From Fimbriimonas ginsengisoli (GTDB lineage Bacteria > Armatimonadota > Fimbriimonadia > Fimbriimonadales > Fimbriimonadaceae), in assembly GCA_016179045.1 (NCBI GenBank), contig JACOSL010000039.1:45439-109438 (forward strand): a DNA stretch of 64,000 nucleotides. The letters are read 5' to 3'. Shown piece by piece: positions 1-7,384 of this stretch. Positions within the stretch are counted from its first letter, which is position 1. Each line of letters opens with the position of its first letter. The position numbers and the translations under genes were made by a program. The notes beneath the pieces are model-generated. The model made no database searches. It was not told where the DNA came from and was given only the letters and a program-made list of their open reading frames with translations.

Positions 1-476
1 GTAGTTCTCGTACTTCTCCACCAGCCCCATCGATTCCCACCTGCGCACTTGCTCGTCGAGCGCGTAGAGAAGCTGCTGGCCGGTGGTGGCGCCCGCGAAG
101 GCGGTGCGGTGCTTGAGGGTGCCCCCAAAGCGGCGGAACGCGAGCAGGCCTTCGGAGGTGCGGTTGAACGGCACCCCCATCCGGTCGAGGAGGTCGATGA
201 TCGCGGGCGCGCGCTCGGCCATCCGCATGACGGGCGGCTGATGGTTGAGGAAGTCGCCGCCGGTGATCGTGTCTTCGAAGTGCAGGTAGGGCGAATCGCC
301 CTCGCCGCGCAGGTTCACCGCAGCATTGATGCCGCCCTGCGCGCACACGCTGTGGCTGCGCTTGACCGGGACGAGGCTGAAGAGCTTGACCTTATGGCCC
401 GCCTCTGCGAGCTTCATCGCCGCCATCAGGCCGGCGAGGCCTCCTCCGACGACGGCGACGGTTCGTTCTGCTGGCA
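1..476 (-). CDS. sdhA: succinate dehydrogenase/fumarate reductase flavoprotein subunit, N-terminal part (gene continues past the left edge)
   Basis: Absent from the ORF track because it is open to the window edge. My reverse-complement translation from the ATG at 476-474 gives MPAERTVAVVGGGLAGLMAAMKLAEAGHKVKLFSLVPVKRSHSVCAQGGINAAVNLRGEGDSPYLHFEDTITGGDFLNHQPP...RRFGGTLKHRTAFAGATTGQQLLYALDEQVRR. It shows the GxGxxG FAD fold plus the RSHSVxAQGGI and GATTGQQLLYALDEQV blocks of Bacillus-type SdhA. The 49..564 + ORF is its antisense shadow. Confidence 0.9.
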
Positions 477-587
477 TGGGCGGCCTTCATTATGCCCCCC
501 GGAGCCGCTCCTGAGCGTGGCAGGGGAGGGGCACGCTCGTCGTGCCCGCGGGCGATCCGATTAAGATTGCCCTCCACCTGGCGGTGG

Positions 588-716
588 AGCACCACCCCCC
601 GCGCTTCGCGCGACCCCCGCCGTGAGGCAGGGGTTTCATGTTTTTCTTTGGCTCGCTCACGCCCTCCGGGCCCTCGCTCACCGTTTCTTTGCGGGATGCC
701 ATCCTTGGCGTCCTGA
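588..716. repeat. copy A of a three-hairpin GC-rich interspersed repeat (between the sdhA start and the stop of the Cys-rich protein gene)
   Basis: By-eye alignment with 49692..49833 and 53078..53184. H1 is CCCC-GCC[GTGA]GGC-A-GGGG (about 614-634). H2 is GCCC[TCC]GGGC, flanked by GGCTCGCTC and CTCGCTCAC. H3 is GGATGCCA[TCCT]TGGCGTCC (694-713). Confidence 0.75.
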
Positions 717-749
717 AATAACGGAGGCGTGCGGCTGACCTAGCGCGGC

Positions 750-1181
750 CTAAGCCTTCATGTCCATCACATGCTTGACCATCTTGTCCCCGCACTTGGG
801 GCAGTTGCCTGCCTTAAGCGCAGTCACGTGGCACTTATCGCAGGCGTAGGTCTCGGCCACCTTGGTCATCGCCTTGCCGCACTTGGGGCACTTGCCCGCC
901 TTGGCGGCAGTGGTGTGGCAGTCCTTGCAGGAGTAATAAACCTTCGCGGTGATCTTCTCCATCTTGTCGCCGCACATCGGGCAGGCGCCCGGCTTGCTGC
1001 TGGCGATGTCGCACATCCGGCAGGAGTAGACGGCGGCTTTCTTGACCGTACGGGTGTGCTTGGCTTTGGCGTGGGACTTCGCCTGGGGCTTCGCCTTCGG
1101 CGTGGGCGTGTCTTGCGCCAGAACGAGCGACAGGCCTACGCATAGAGCTAGCAGGACGAGACAGAACTTCGAAGCACGCAT
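750..1181 (-). CDS. secreted Cys-rich protein with three tandem CxxC...CPxCG (zinc-ribbon / heavy-metal-binding-domain-like) modules
   Basis: The track ORF is 750..1229. I prefer the ATG at 1181 (MRASKFCLVLLALCVGLSLVLAQD, signal-peptide-like), which has GGAGG 6 nt upstream. The three ~30-aa modules are VYSCRMCDIASSKPGACPMCGDKMEKI, VYYSCKDCHTTAAKAGKCPKCGKAMTKV and TYACDKCHVTALKAGNCPKCGDKMVKH. Confidence 0.75.
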   Translation of the reverse strand: MRASKFCLVLLALCVGLSLVLAQDTPTPKAKPQAKSHAKAKHTRTVKKAAVYSCRMCDIASSKPGACPMCGDKMEKITAKVYYSCKDCHTTAAKAGKCPKCGKAMTKVAETYACDKCHVTALKAGNCPKCGDKMVKHVMDMKA

Positions 1182-1258
1182 GATTAACCTCCGGCCGCGC
1201 GATCGCATCCGCGACCCACCGTTGACCATTCTACAGGCTGTTCCGGAAATTTTCCGGG

Positions 1259-1963
1259 CTATGAGGCGGGTTTGAGGCCGATGTACAGCCCCCGGCCTAT
1301 GAGTCCCTCGGGATCGCGCTCCGGGGCGAGACCCGCCGCCTCGAAAGCGCCCCGATAATCGGTCTCGGTGAACAGGCCCATTTCGTGCCGCTCTACGAAG
1401 TGGTCGACGCCTTGAGGGGTACCGACTAAATAGTTGAAATCGATGATCGACCGGCCTCCCTCACGCCGCGATACGTGGATGCGCGCGACTTTGAGATCGT
1501 CGTGATCGACGTACAAGCTGCCCAGGTGATTATCGATGAAGGCTTTCGGTTCGATCCACGGCTCGACCATGAGCAGCCCGCCGGGCGTGAGGTGCCGGGC
1601 CTGGCAGGCAACCGCGGAGTTCAGGCCATCGACGGTCTGCGCATAACCGATCGAGCTGAAAAGACAGGTGATCACATCGAAGCGCCGTCCAAAGTCGAAA
1701 TCGCGCATGTCGCCGACGCGGAACTCGACCTCGGGATTGCGCCGGGAGGCGATGTCGATCATCTGGGGGTCGAGGTCCATGCCCGCGCAGCGGAACTTGC
1801 GTTTGAGCACGGCTAGGTGCATGCCGGTGCCGCACGCGACGTCAAGAAGGGACGCGGCCTTGGGGCAGCGCGCCTGGATTAGGTCTTCCAGCCGCTCGGC
1901 CTCGCCCACGTAGTCCTTGAAGGAGTACATGGCGTCGTAAAACGCCTCGGACTTCGAGAACAT
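1259..1963 (-). CDS. class I SAM-dependent methyltransferase
   Basis: SAM motif I LLDVACGTGMH, an acidic post-I residue (GMDLD) and FDVITCLFSSIGY. The overall layout resembles small-molecule or sugar N-methyltransferases. Substrate unknown. Confidence 0.8.
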   Translation of the reverse strand: MFSKSEAFYDAMYSFKDYVGEAERLEDLIQARCPKAASLLDVACGTGMHLAVLKRKFRCAGMDLDPQMIDIASRRNPEVEFRVGDMRDFDFGRRFDVITCLFSSIGYAQTVDGLNSAVACQARHLTPGGLLMVEPWIEPKAFIDNHLGSLYVDHDDLKVARIHVSRREGGRSIIDFNYLVGTPQGVDHFVERHEMGLFTETDYRGAFEAAGLAPERDPEGLIGRGLYIGLKPAS

Positions 1964-2025
1964 GCTTCATTGTAGCGAAGCAGCGCAAGGCACCGCGCCC
2001 TGGAACCCGGACCGCACGTCGGCGG

Positions 2026-2220
2026 TTGGATGGATCAAGGAGTCACCCTTTGCGATTCTTTGAAGACGGAGATGGTTTGAACATCCTGGCCGCAACCGGA
2101 GTGGTCTCTGCGTTTCTGCTTGGGCTGCTCCTCCTTGCCTTCATGGTGATGCTCGAGCCACTGTCGCTCGTGTGGTATGCCCTCGAGGTGGCCTTCCTAG
2201 ATAGGCAATTGCGCGACTAA
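2026..2220 (+). CDS. possible small membrane protein (64 aa)
   Basis: Only ORF in the gap between the methyltransferase and folE2. TTG start and one hydrophobic stretch (LNILAATGVVSAFLLGLLLLAFMVML). No recognisable family. Confidence 0.25.
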   Translation: MDGSRSHPLRFFEDGDGLNILAATGVVSAFLLGLLLLAFMVMLEPLSLVWYALEVAFLDRQLRD

Positions 2221-2224
2221 AGGC

Positions 2225-3031
2225 CTAGCGGGCCTTCGCCCGCGCCAGACGCGCGTAGGCGTTGTGGTCGTGGATCGACTCGTGGTTCTCCACCTCGATC
2301 TCGTATGAGGCCACGCGCGGGTCGTTATCGAAGGCCGCCGATACCTCGCGCACGAGGTCCTCGACGAAGCGCGGGTTGTCGTACGCTTGCTCGGTCACGA
2401 ACTTTTCGTCGGGACGTTTGAGGAGCGGGTACAGCGGCGCGGAGCCACAGGCTTCGATGAGGTCGATCACATCCTCGAGCCAAAGCAGGGCGGTCGGGCG
2501 GACCCGCACGCTCACGTAGCCTCGCTGGTTATGGGCGCCCCGTGAGGCGATCTCTTTGGAGCATGGGCAGAGCGTAGTAACGGGAACGGTGAGAAGCAGC
2601 TCAAAATCGTTCACCGCGCCGCCGGTAGCGGAAAAGCCGCATTCGTAGCCCATCATGCCCTTGCCGCCGGTCACGGGGGCCGCCTTCTCGCGGAAGAAGG
2701 TGAAGCGCACTTCGAGGTGGGCCGAGTCGGCATCGAGCCGTTCGCGCAGGCGTTTGAGGATGCCGGGGATGGTTTCCGGGCCAAGGTCGTGGTTGTGCTG
2801 GGAAAGCACTTCCAGGAACCGGCTCATGTGGGTGCCCTTGTAATGCTTGGGCAGGTCGACGGTGAGGGTGAACGTGCCGACCGTGTGCTGCAGCCCGTTG
2901 TCCTTATTGCGGACGTGCATCGGATAGCGCACGTTGCGCACGCCGACGCGGTCGATTGCGATGTCGCGATCGTCGGGCGAACTCTGGACGTCGACGAGGG
3001 CGGCGGTTTTCATGGTGCTGTGGGGCGGCAT
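2225..3031 (-). CDS. folE2: GTP cyclohydrolase FolE2/MptA family (GTP cyclohydrolase IB)
   Basis: DVQSSPDDRDIAIDRVGVRNVRYP, HMSRF, LCPCSKEIS..GAHNQR and the C-terminal ENxESIHxHxAYA are the family blocks. The start is set at the ATG at 3031 (MPPHSTMKTAALVDVQ) to avoid running into the glcF 3' end. 3013 is also possible. Confidence 0.85.
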   Translation of the reverse strand: MPPHSTMKTAALVDVQSSPDDRDIAIDRVGVRNVRYPMHVRNKDNGLQHTVGTFTLTVDLPKHYKGTHMSRFLEVLSQHNHDLGPETIPGILKRLRERLDADSAHLEVRFTFFREKAAPVTGGKGMMGYECGFSATGGAVNDFELLLTVPVTTLCPCSKEIASRGAHNQRGYVSVRVRPTALLWLEDVIDLIEACGSAPLYPLLKRPDEKFVTEQAYDNPRFVEDLVREVSAAFDNDPRVASYEIEVENHESIHDHNAYARLARAKAR

Positions 3032-3050
3032 GGGCTTGGCCCCATCCGTC

Positions 3051-4274
3051 CTACGTTCGCTCCGCTTCGGCAGTTTGCTTCGCCCCATCGCAGAACCATT
3101 CTAGTCCGATGAACGCGGCTTCGAGCGCTTCGGCGGTGTGGAGCACCGTCAGCCCCCGTGCCTTCGCGGCGGGCGCGAGCCACAGGTGGCACCCGGGATT
3201 GCCTTGAATGAGCAGGCTTGCGCCGGTTGCTTGGGCGTTTTCGAGCTTTCTTGTTTGGAGGGCGACCGCCTGGCTCGGGTGGGTGAGGTTGGATATCCCG
3301 CCGCTTCCGCAGCAAAGGTCCGATTCGGGCATGGGAAGCAGGGTGAGGCCGGGGATGGCGGTAATCAGCTCGCGCGGCTGGCTCCGGATGCCCTGGGCAT
3401 GGGCGAGATGGCAGGCGTCGTGGTAGGTGGCGACGGCCCAGTAGCCGGGCGCCTTCTTGAGCGCCTCGCCGAGCCCGTTTTCGTGGAGCAGCTCGCTTAG
3501 ATCGAGCACGCGACGCTTGCCATGCGCCTGCTCCTTGAGCCAGCTGCCGCACCCTGCGGCGGTGGCGACGAGTACGTCATTTTCCGGCAGCCGGGCGAGC
3601 ACCCGCCGGGCCATCGCCGCCCCCTGAGCAACGTATCCCGAATGGGCGTGGAGTGCGCCGCAGCATCCGCTCGCGAGCCGCTTCGGCGCTAGGCCGACGC
3701 GGCGCAATAGCCGGGCGGACGCCTCCTGCACCCTAGGGAATAGCGATCCCATCGCGCACCCATCGAGGATGAATGCTTGCCCCGTGATCGGCATTAGAAG
3801 GGTCTCGTCGAGCGGCGGGAGCATTCCCGACCACTGGGCGACGGGCAGACCGGCGACGGGCGGTTCGTTCGAGAAAAGTAGCCCGAGGATGCGGGGCATC
3901 CTCGCCCCCGGCAGGCGCCGACCGAGTGCGCCGAGCCGACGAAGCACCCCGGGCCGGGTGAGCATCCCCAGCAAGAGGCGCAGCCCGGGGGCGGCACGTC
4001 GTGCCGCGATTTCCTCACGAGCAAGTTCGACGATTTGGCCGTATTGCACCCCGCTCGGGCATGCGGTCTCGCAACCGCGGCAGCCTAGGCACGCATCCAG
4101 GTGGGGCGCGGCCTGACGCCAGTCGAGGCGACCCTCGAGGGAGCCTCGGGCTAAGTAGATGCGCCCGCGGGGGGATTCGGTCTCTTCGCCGGTGACGAGA
4201 AAGGTGGGGCAGGATTCCAGGCAGAAGCCGCACCGGATGCAATGGGAAGCCAGTTCGCTCAGTTCGGCGTTCAT
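3051..4274 (-). CDS. glcF: glycolate oxidase iron-sulfur subunit
   Basis: Two ferredoxin-type clusters (CIRCGFCLESCP, CLGCRGCETACP) followed by CCG repeats (GCCGALH, LCCGSGG). The ATG at 4274 overlaps the glcE stop in an ATGA arrangement. Confidence 0.85.
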   Translation of the reverse strand: MNAELSELASHCIRCGFCLESCPTFLVTGEETESPRGRIYLARGSLEGRLDWRQAAPHLDACLGCRGCETACPSGVQYGQIVELAREEIAARRAAPGLRLLLGMLTRPGVLRRLGALGRRLPGARMPRILGLLFSNEPPVAGLPVAQWSGMLPPLDETLLMPITGQAFILDGCAMGSLFPRVQEASARLLRRVGLAPKRLASGCCGALHAHSGYVAQGAAMARRVLARLPENDVLVATAAGCGSWLKEQAHGKRRVLDLSELLHENGLGEALKKAPGYWAVATYHDACHLAHAQGIRSQPRELITAIPGLTLLPMPESDLCCGSGGISNLTHPSQAVALQTRKLENAQATGASLLIQGNPGCHLWLAPAAKARGLTVLHTAEALEAAFIGLEWFCDGAKQTAEAERT

Positions 4275-5176
4275 AGTTCGCCCCACTCGCCCGGATTGAG
4301 TTTCCCGTCCGGATCGAAGATGGCCTTGGCCCTAAGCATCAGCCGTCGTTGCATTGCTTCCTCGACGACCGCGTTTTGATTGCCGCATCCTCGCCGCAAT
4401 ACCCAGTCGCCGTCGAAACGAGGCAGCGATTCATCGCAAGGCAAGGCGGCCACGAGTGTGAACGTGCCGGGATCGAAGAGGCACAGCCTGTCGCCCGCTG
4501 CTTCGCGGGCGGCGATCGCATCTTGCGGCAGGGTCCGCTGAATCCACAGCGGACCAGCCGAGAGCGGCGCGCCCTGCTCTAGGCAGGCAGCAGGCGGATG
4601 CGGCCTAGGAAACGTCCGCAAAATCACCTCGGCAACCACTCCAAGCCAGCCGCGAGCGCCCACGAACATCTTGGCGACATCGTAACCGGCGACGTTTTTC
4701 ACAACCCGGCTGCCGCACCGAGCGAGCTTCCCATCGGGCCGCGCGACGGTCAGGCCAAGCACCCAGTCGCGCCATGAGCCATGCTTCGCCTCGAGACCGT
4801 GAGGCAGATTCATCGATAGCGCGCCACCCACCGTGCCCGCGCCCAAGTAGGGATCATAGGGCAGGCAGTGGCCCACGGTTTCAAGGGCTGTCTGCAGCTT
4901 CTGCAGGCTCGCACCAGCCTGAACGACCGCGACTTGGTTCGCCGGATCGAGATCGACGATTTCGGACAGACCGTCCAGGCGAACCGTCCGGGCTCCCGCA
5001 GTCGATCCGACTCGGAACGAGGCCGACGACCCCGAGCCCTCGATCCAACACGCTCCTGGCTCCGTGAGCGCCTCGCAAAGCTCGCCGACGCTGCCCGGGC
5101 GAAACGCTACCACGCCACCCCCCGCCACCGCGCGCGATGCTCGATGCAACCCTTTTGGGAAGGAAACACCTTGCAT
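4271..5176 (-). CDS. glcE: glycolate oxidase FAD-binding subunit
   Basis: FAD/PCMH-type domain (VVAFRPGSVGELCEAL...VKNVAGYDVAKMFVGARGWLGVV) lying between glcD and glcF. Start uncertain: the ATG at 5176 overlaps glcD by 70 nt, and the GTG at 5113 overlaps it by only 7 nt. The track start at 5398 is rejected. Confidence 0.75.
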   Translation of the reverse strand: MQGVSFPKGLHRASRAVAGGGVVAFRPGSVGELCEALTEPGACWIEGSGSSASFRVGSTAGARTVRLDGLSEIVDLDPANQVAVVQAGASLQKLQTALETVGHCLPYDPYLGAGTVGGALSMNLPHGLEAKHGSWRDWVLGLTVARPDGKLARCGSRVVKNVAGYDVAKMFVGARGWLGVVAEVILRTFPRPHPPAACLEQGAPLSAGPLWIQRTLPQDAIAAREAAGDRLCLFDPGTFTLVAALPCDESLPRFDGDWVLRRGCGNQNAVVEEAMQRRLMLRAKAIFDPDGKLNPGEWGEL

Positions 5177-6558
5177 GGATTGCACAGATCGCCCTCGTTG
5201 AAGATGCGCTTGGCGTCGGCCTGGAGGCACAGGTCGTCCGGCGAGAACATGAGACTCATGAGCTCGCTCTTCTCGACACCTACCCCATGCTCGCCGCTGA
5301 GGCTGCCGCCAAGCTCGACGCACTTCCGCAAGATCTTCTCGCCCGCTTCGACCACTTGGCGTATCTGCTCGGGATCGCGGTCGTCGAACCCGAAGCACGG
5401 GTGGAGGTTGCCGTCGCCGGCGTGGAAGATGTTGGCAACCAGCAAGCGATGCTGCTCGGCCACCTCGTACACGAATCGCAGCATTTCGGGCAGCTTCGAG
5501 CGGGGGATCACGCCGTCATGGGTGACGATGCTGGGGGCCAGGCGGCCCATCGCGCCAATGCCCTTTTTCCGTGCAATCCAGAGGCGCTGACGCGCGGCTT
5601 CGTCCTCTGCGATTTCGACCGCGAGCGCCCGGTGAGCTCGACAAATCCGCTCCGCCTCGGCTGCTTCCTTCGCGGAGGCCTCGGGAGCTCCGTCGCATTC
5701 GATGAGGAGCAGGGCGCGCGCCCCCTCCGGATAGCTCAGGCGAAAGGCCTGGGACACGGCTCGCATAATGCCCTCATCCATCATTTCGAGGGCGGCGGGC
5801 AAGATGCCGGACCCGACGATCTCGGCAACGGAGGCCGTGGCTTGGTCGATCTCGGCAAAGGAGGCCAGCAGGGTGTGCACGGCCTCGGGCAAAGGCGTCA
5901 GCTTGACCCAAGCCTCGGTCACGATGCCCAGCGTTCCTTCCGCGCCCACCACCAGGCCCACGAAGTCGAGCCCTGGACCGCCCGTCGCATCTCCCCCCAG
6001 ATGCACAACCTCACCGGTGGGATCGACGAGGGTGAGGCCAAGAATGTGCTGGGCGGTGACGCCGTATTTGAGCGTGTGGGGCCCACCCGAGTTTTCCGCG
6101 ATGTTTCCGCCGAGGGTGGAAACCGTCTGGCTGGAAGGATCGGGCGCGAAGTGAAGGCCTGCGGCCGCCACCGCATCGGATAGGCGCTTATTGGCGATAC
6201 CCGCTTGGGCAAGGATGCGGCGGTTGGGCAGATCGACCTCGAGGATCTGCGTCATTCGCTTGGTCGAGACGATGATGCCGCCTCTGGCCGCCATCGCCCC
6301 CCCGCTTAGGCCGGTGCCGGCGCCTCGCGGGGTGAAAGGCACGCCGTGACGCACGCACCAACGGACCAGCACGGCCACTTCTTCGGTGCTCTCCGGAAGG
6401 GCGATCGCCCACGGTTCGGCGCGATCCACCGTGTAGGCGTCGCATTCGTAAGCCCGCGCAGCCGCCGCCCCCACCCGAATCCGATCGGGTGCCAGCAGGG
6501 CGCCAAGCTCGCGGGCGAAGAAGCCTTCGGTGGGGCGGGGCGCCTCCATATTCAGCAT
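5107..6558 (-). CDS. glcD: glycolate oxidase subunit GlcD (FAD-linked oxidase)
   Basis: FAD-binding PCMH domain (VPFTPRGAGTGLSGGA) and a C-terminal FAD-oxidase_C block (HAGDGNLHP...GGSLSGEHGVG). The start is set at the ATG at 6558 (MLNMEAPRPTEGFFAREL). The longer track ORF to 6825 would run antisense through tmk. Confidence 0.88.
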   Translation of the reverse strand: MLNMEAPRPTEGFFARELGALLAPDRIRVGAAAARAYECDAYTVDRAEPWAIALPESTEEVAVLVRWCVRHGVPFTPRGAGTGLSGGAMAARGGIIVSTKRMTQILEVDLPNRRILAQAGIANKRLSDAVAAAGLHFAPDPSSQTVSTLGGNIAENSGGPHTLKYGVTAQHILGLTLVDPTGEVVHLGGDATGGPGLDFVGLVVGAEGTLGIVTEAWVKLTPLPEAVHTLLASFAEIDQATASVAEIVGSGILPAALEMMDEGIMRAVSQAFRLSYPEGARALLLIECDGAPEASAKEAAEAERICRAHRALAVEIAEDEAARQRLWIARKKGIGAMGRLAPSIVTHDGVIPRSKLPEMLRFVYEVAEQHRLLVANIFHAGDGNLHPCFGFDDRDPEQIRQVVEAGEKILRKCVELGGSLSGEHGVGVEKSELMSLMFSPDDLCLQADAKRIFNEGDLCNPCKVFPSQKGCIEHRARWRGVAW

Positions 6559-6592
6559 TGTGGAGGCTCGAAAGCACAAGTAACATGACGGA

Positions 6593-7234
6593 GTGTTTGT
6601 CACCTTCGAAGGGCCGGAAGGCGCAGGGAAGACGACCGTGCTCAAAGCCGTCGCACGGCGGCTAGAAGCGGATGGCCAGCGAGTAGTGATGACGCGGGAG
6701 CCGGGCGAGGGCGAGATTGGAGCGAAGATTCGAGATATCTTGCTCTCGGGCGGCGACCTCAGCCCGGCGGCCGAGCTCTTCCTGTTCCTGGCCGACCGCG
6801 CCCAGCATGTCGCCTCGGTGATCAAGCCCGCTTTGGCTGCGGGCGCTTTCGTTCTTTGCGACCGATATTCGGATTCAACGTTGGTCTATCAGGGGTACGG
6901 CCGCGGCCTCGACCTTGAGACGCTGCGCGGGCTTAACCAACTGGCGACGGGCGGCCTGACGCCCGACTTGACCCTCCTTCTCGACCTCGACCCTGAGCTC
7001 GGGCTCGCGCGGCTTTCGCTGGACAAGATGGATCGCATGGATCGGGAGTCGATCGAATTTCATCGAAAGGTGCGCGACGGATTCCTGCGGGAGGCGAAAC
7101 GCGAACCGGCACGGTGGCGCGTCATCGACGCCGCCGTGCCCATCGCAGGTGTGATTCTGGCTTGTTGCCAGGAGGTTGAGGCGGCGGCCGCCATTGTGGG
7201 ATGCCTCCAGGCTCGCAGTTTGGAGGCTAATTGA
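6593..7234 (+). CDS. tmk: thymidylate kinase
   Basis: N-terminus FVTFEGPEGAGKTT (P-loop), DRY motif (CDRYSDSTLVYQG) and a lid region. GTG start. Confidence 0.9.
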   Translation: MFVTFEGPEGAGKTTVLKAVARRLEADGQRVVMTREPGEGEIGAKIRDILLSGGDLSPAAELFLFLADRAQHVASVIKPALAAGAFVLCDRYSDSTLVYQGYGRGLDLETLRGLNQLATGGLTPDLTLLLDLDPELGLARLSLDKMDRMDRESIEFHRKVRDGFLREAKREPARWRVIDAAVPIAGVILACCQEVEAAAAIVGCLQARSLEAN

Positions 7235-7282
7235 CGGCCGTTGTGGGCCGGGCCGCCACGCTGGCGCTGCCTCAGGAAGAAA

Positions 7283-7307
7283 CCCTCCAGACGAAACGTC
7301 TGGAGGG
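7283..7307. repeat. perfect 11-bp-stem hairpin CCCTCCAGACG-AAA-CGTCTGGAGGG, one of two near-identical copies in the window
   Basis: Read directly from the sequence, 49 nt after the tmk stop. The core CCTCCAGACG-NAA-CGTCTGGAGG recurs at 51518..51542. No U-tract follows, so it is not a classical intrinsic terminator. Confidence 0.8.
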
Positions 7308-7384
7308 ATTCCGGATTGGGTATCCCCTTGCGAGCTAAGGTCGATAACGACCACACTGGGGGCACAGGAGTCTTCTCCCCAGCT

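Noticed and set aside
49-564. 171-aa + strand ORF at the left edge
   Set aside because: It is the antisense shadow of the clearly recognisable sdhA 5' region on the minus strand. It is Arg/Ala/Gly-rich with no motifs.
5137-6183. 348-aa + strand ORF
   Set aside because: It lies antisense to glcD, whose FAD-oxidase motifs are unambiguous. This is a typical high-GC shadow ORF.
7283-7307. Classical rho-independent terminator for tmk
   Set aside because: The stem is strong, but ATTCCGG follows it with no U-tract. The identical hairpin also occurs inside a coding region, so it is treated as a repeat element.
7241-7384. N-terminal 48 codons of the 7241..8494 track ORF
   Set aside because: This stretch is translated straight through the perfect 25-nt hairpin repeat and starts 7 nt after the tmk stop. 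The ATG at 7385 has an AGGAG RBS.
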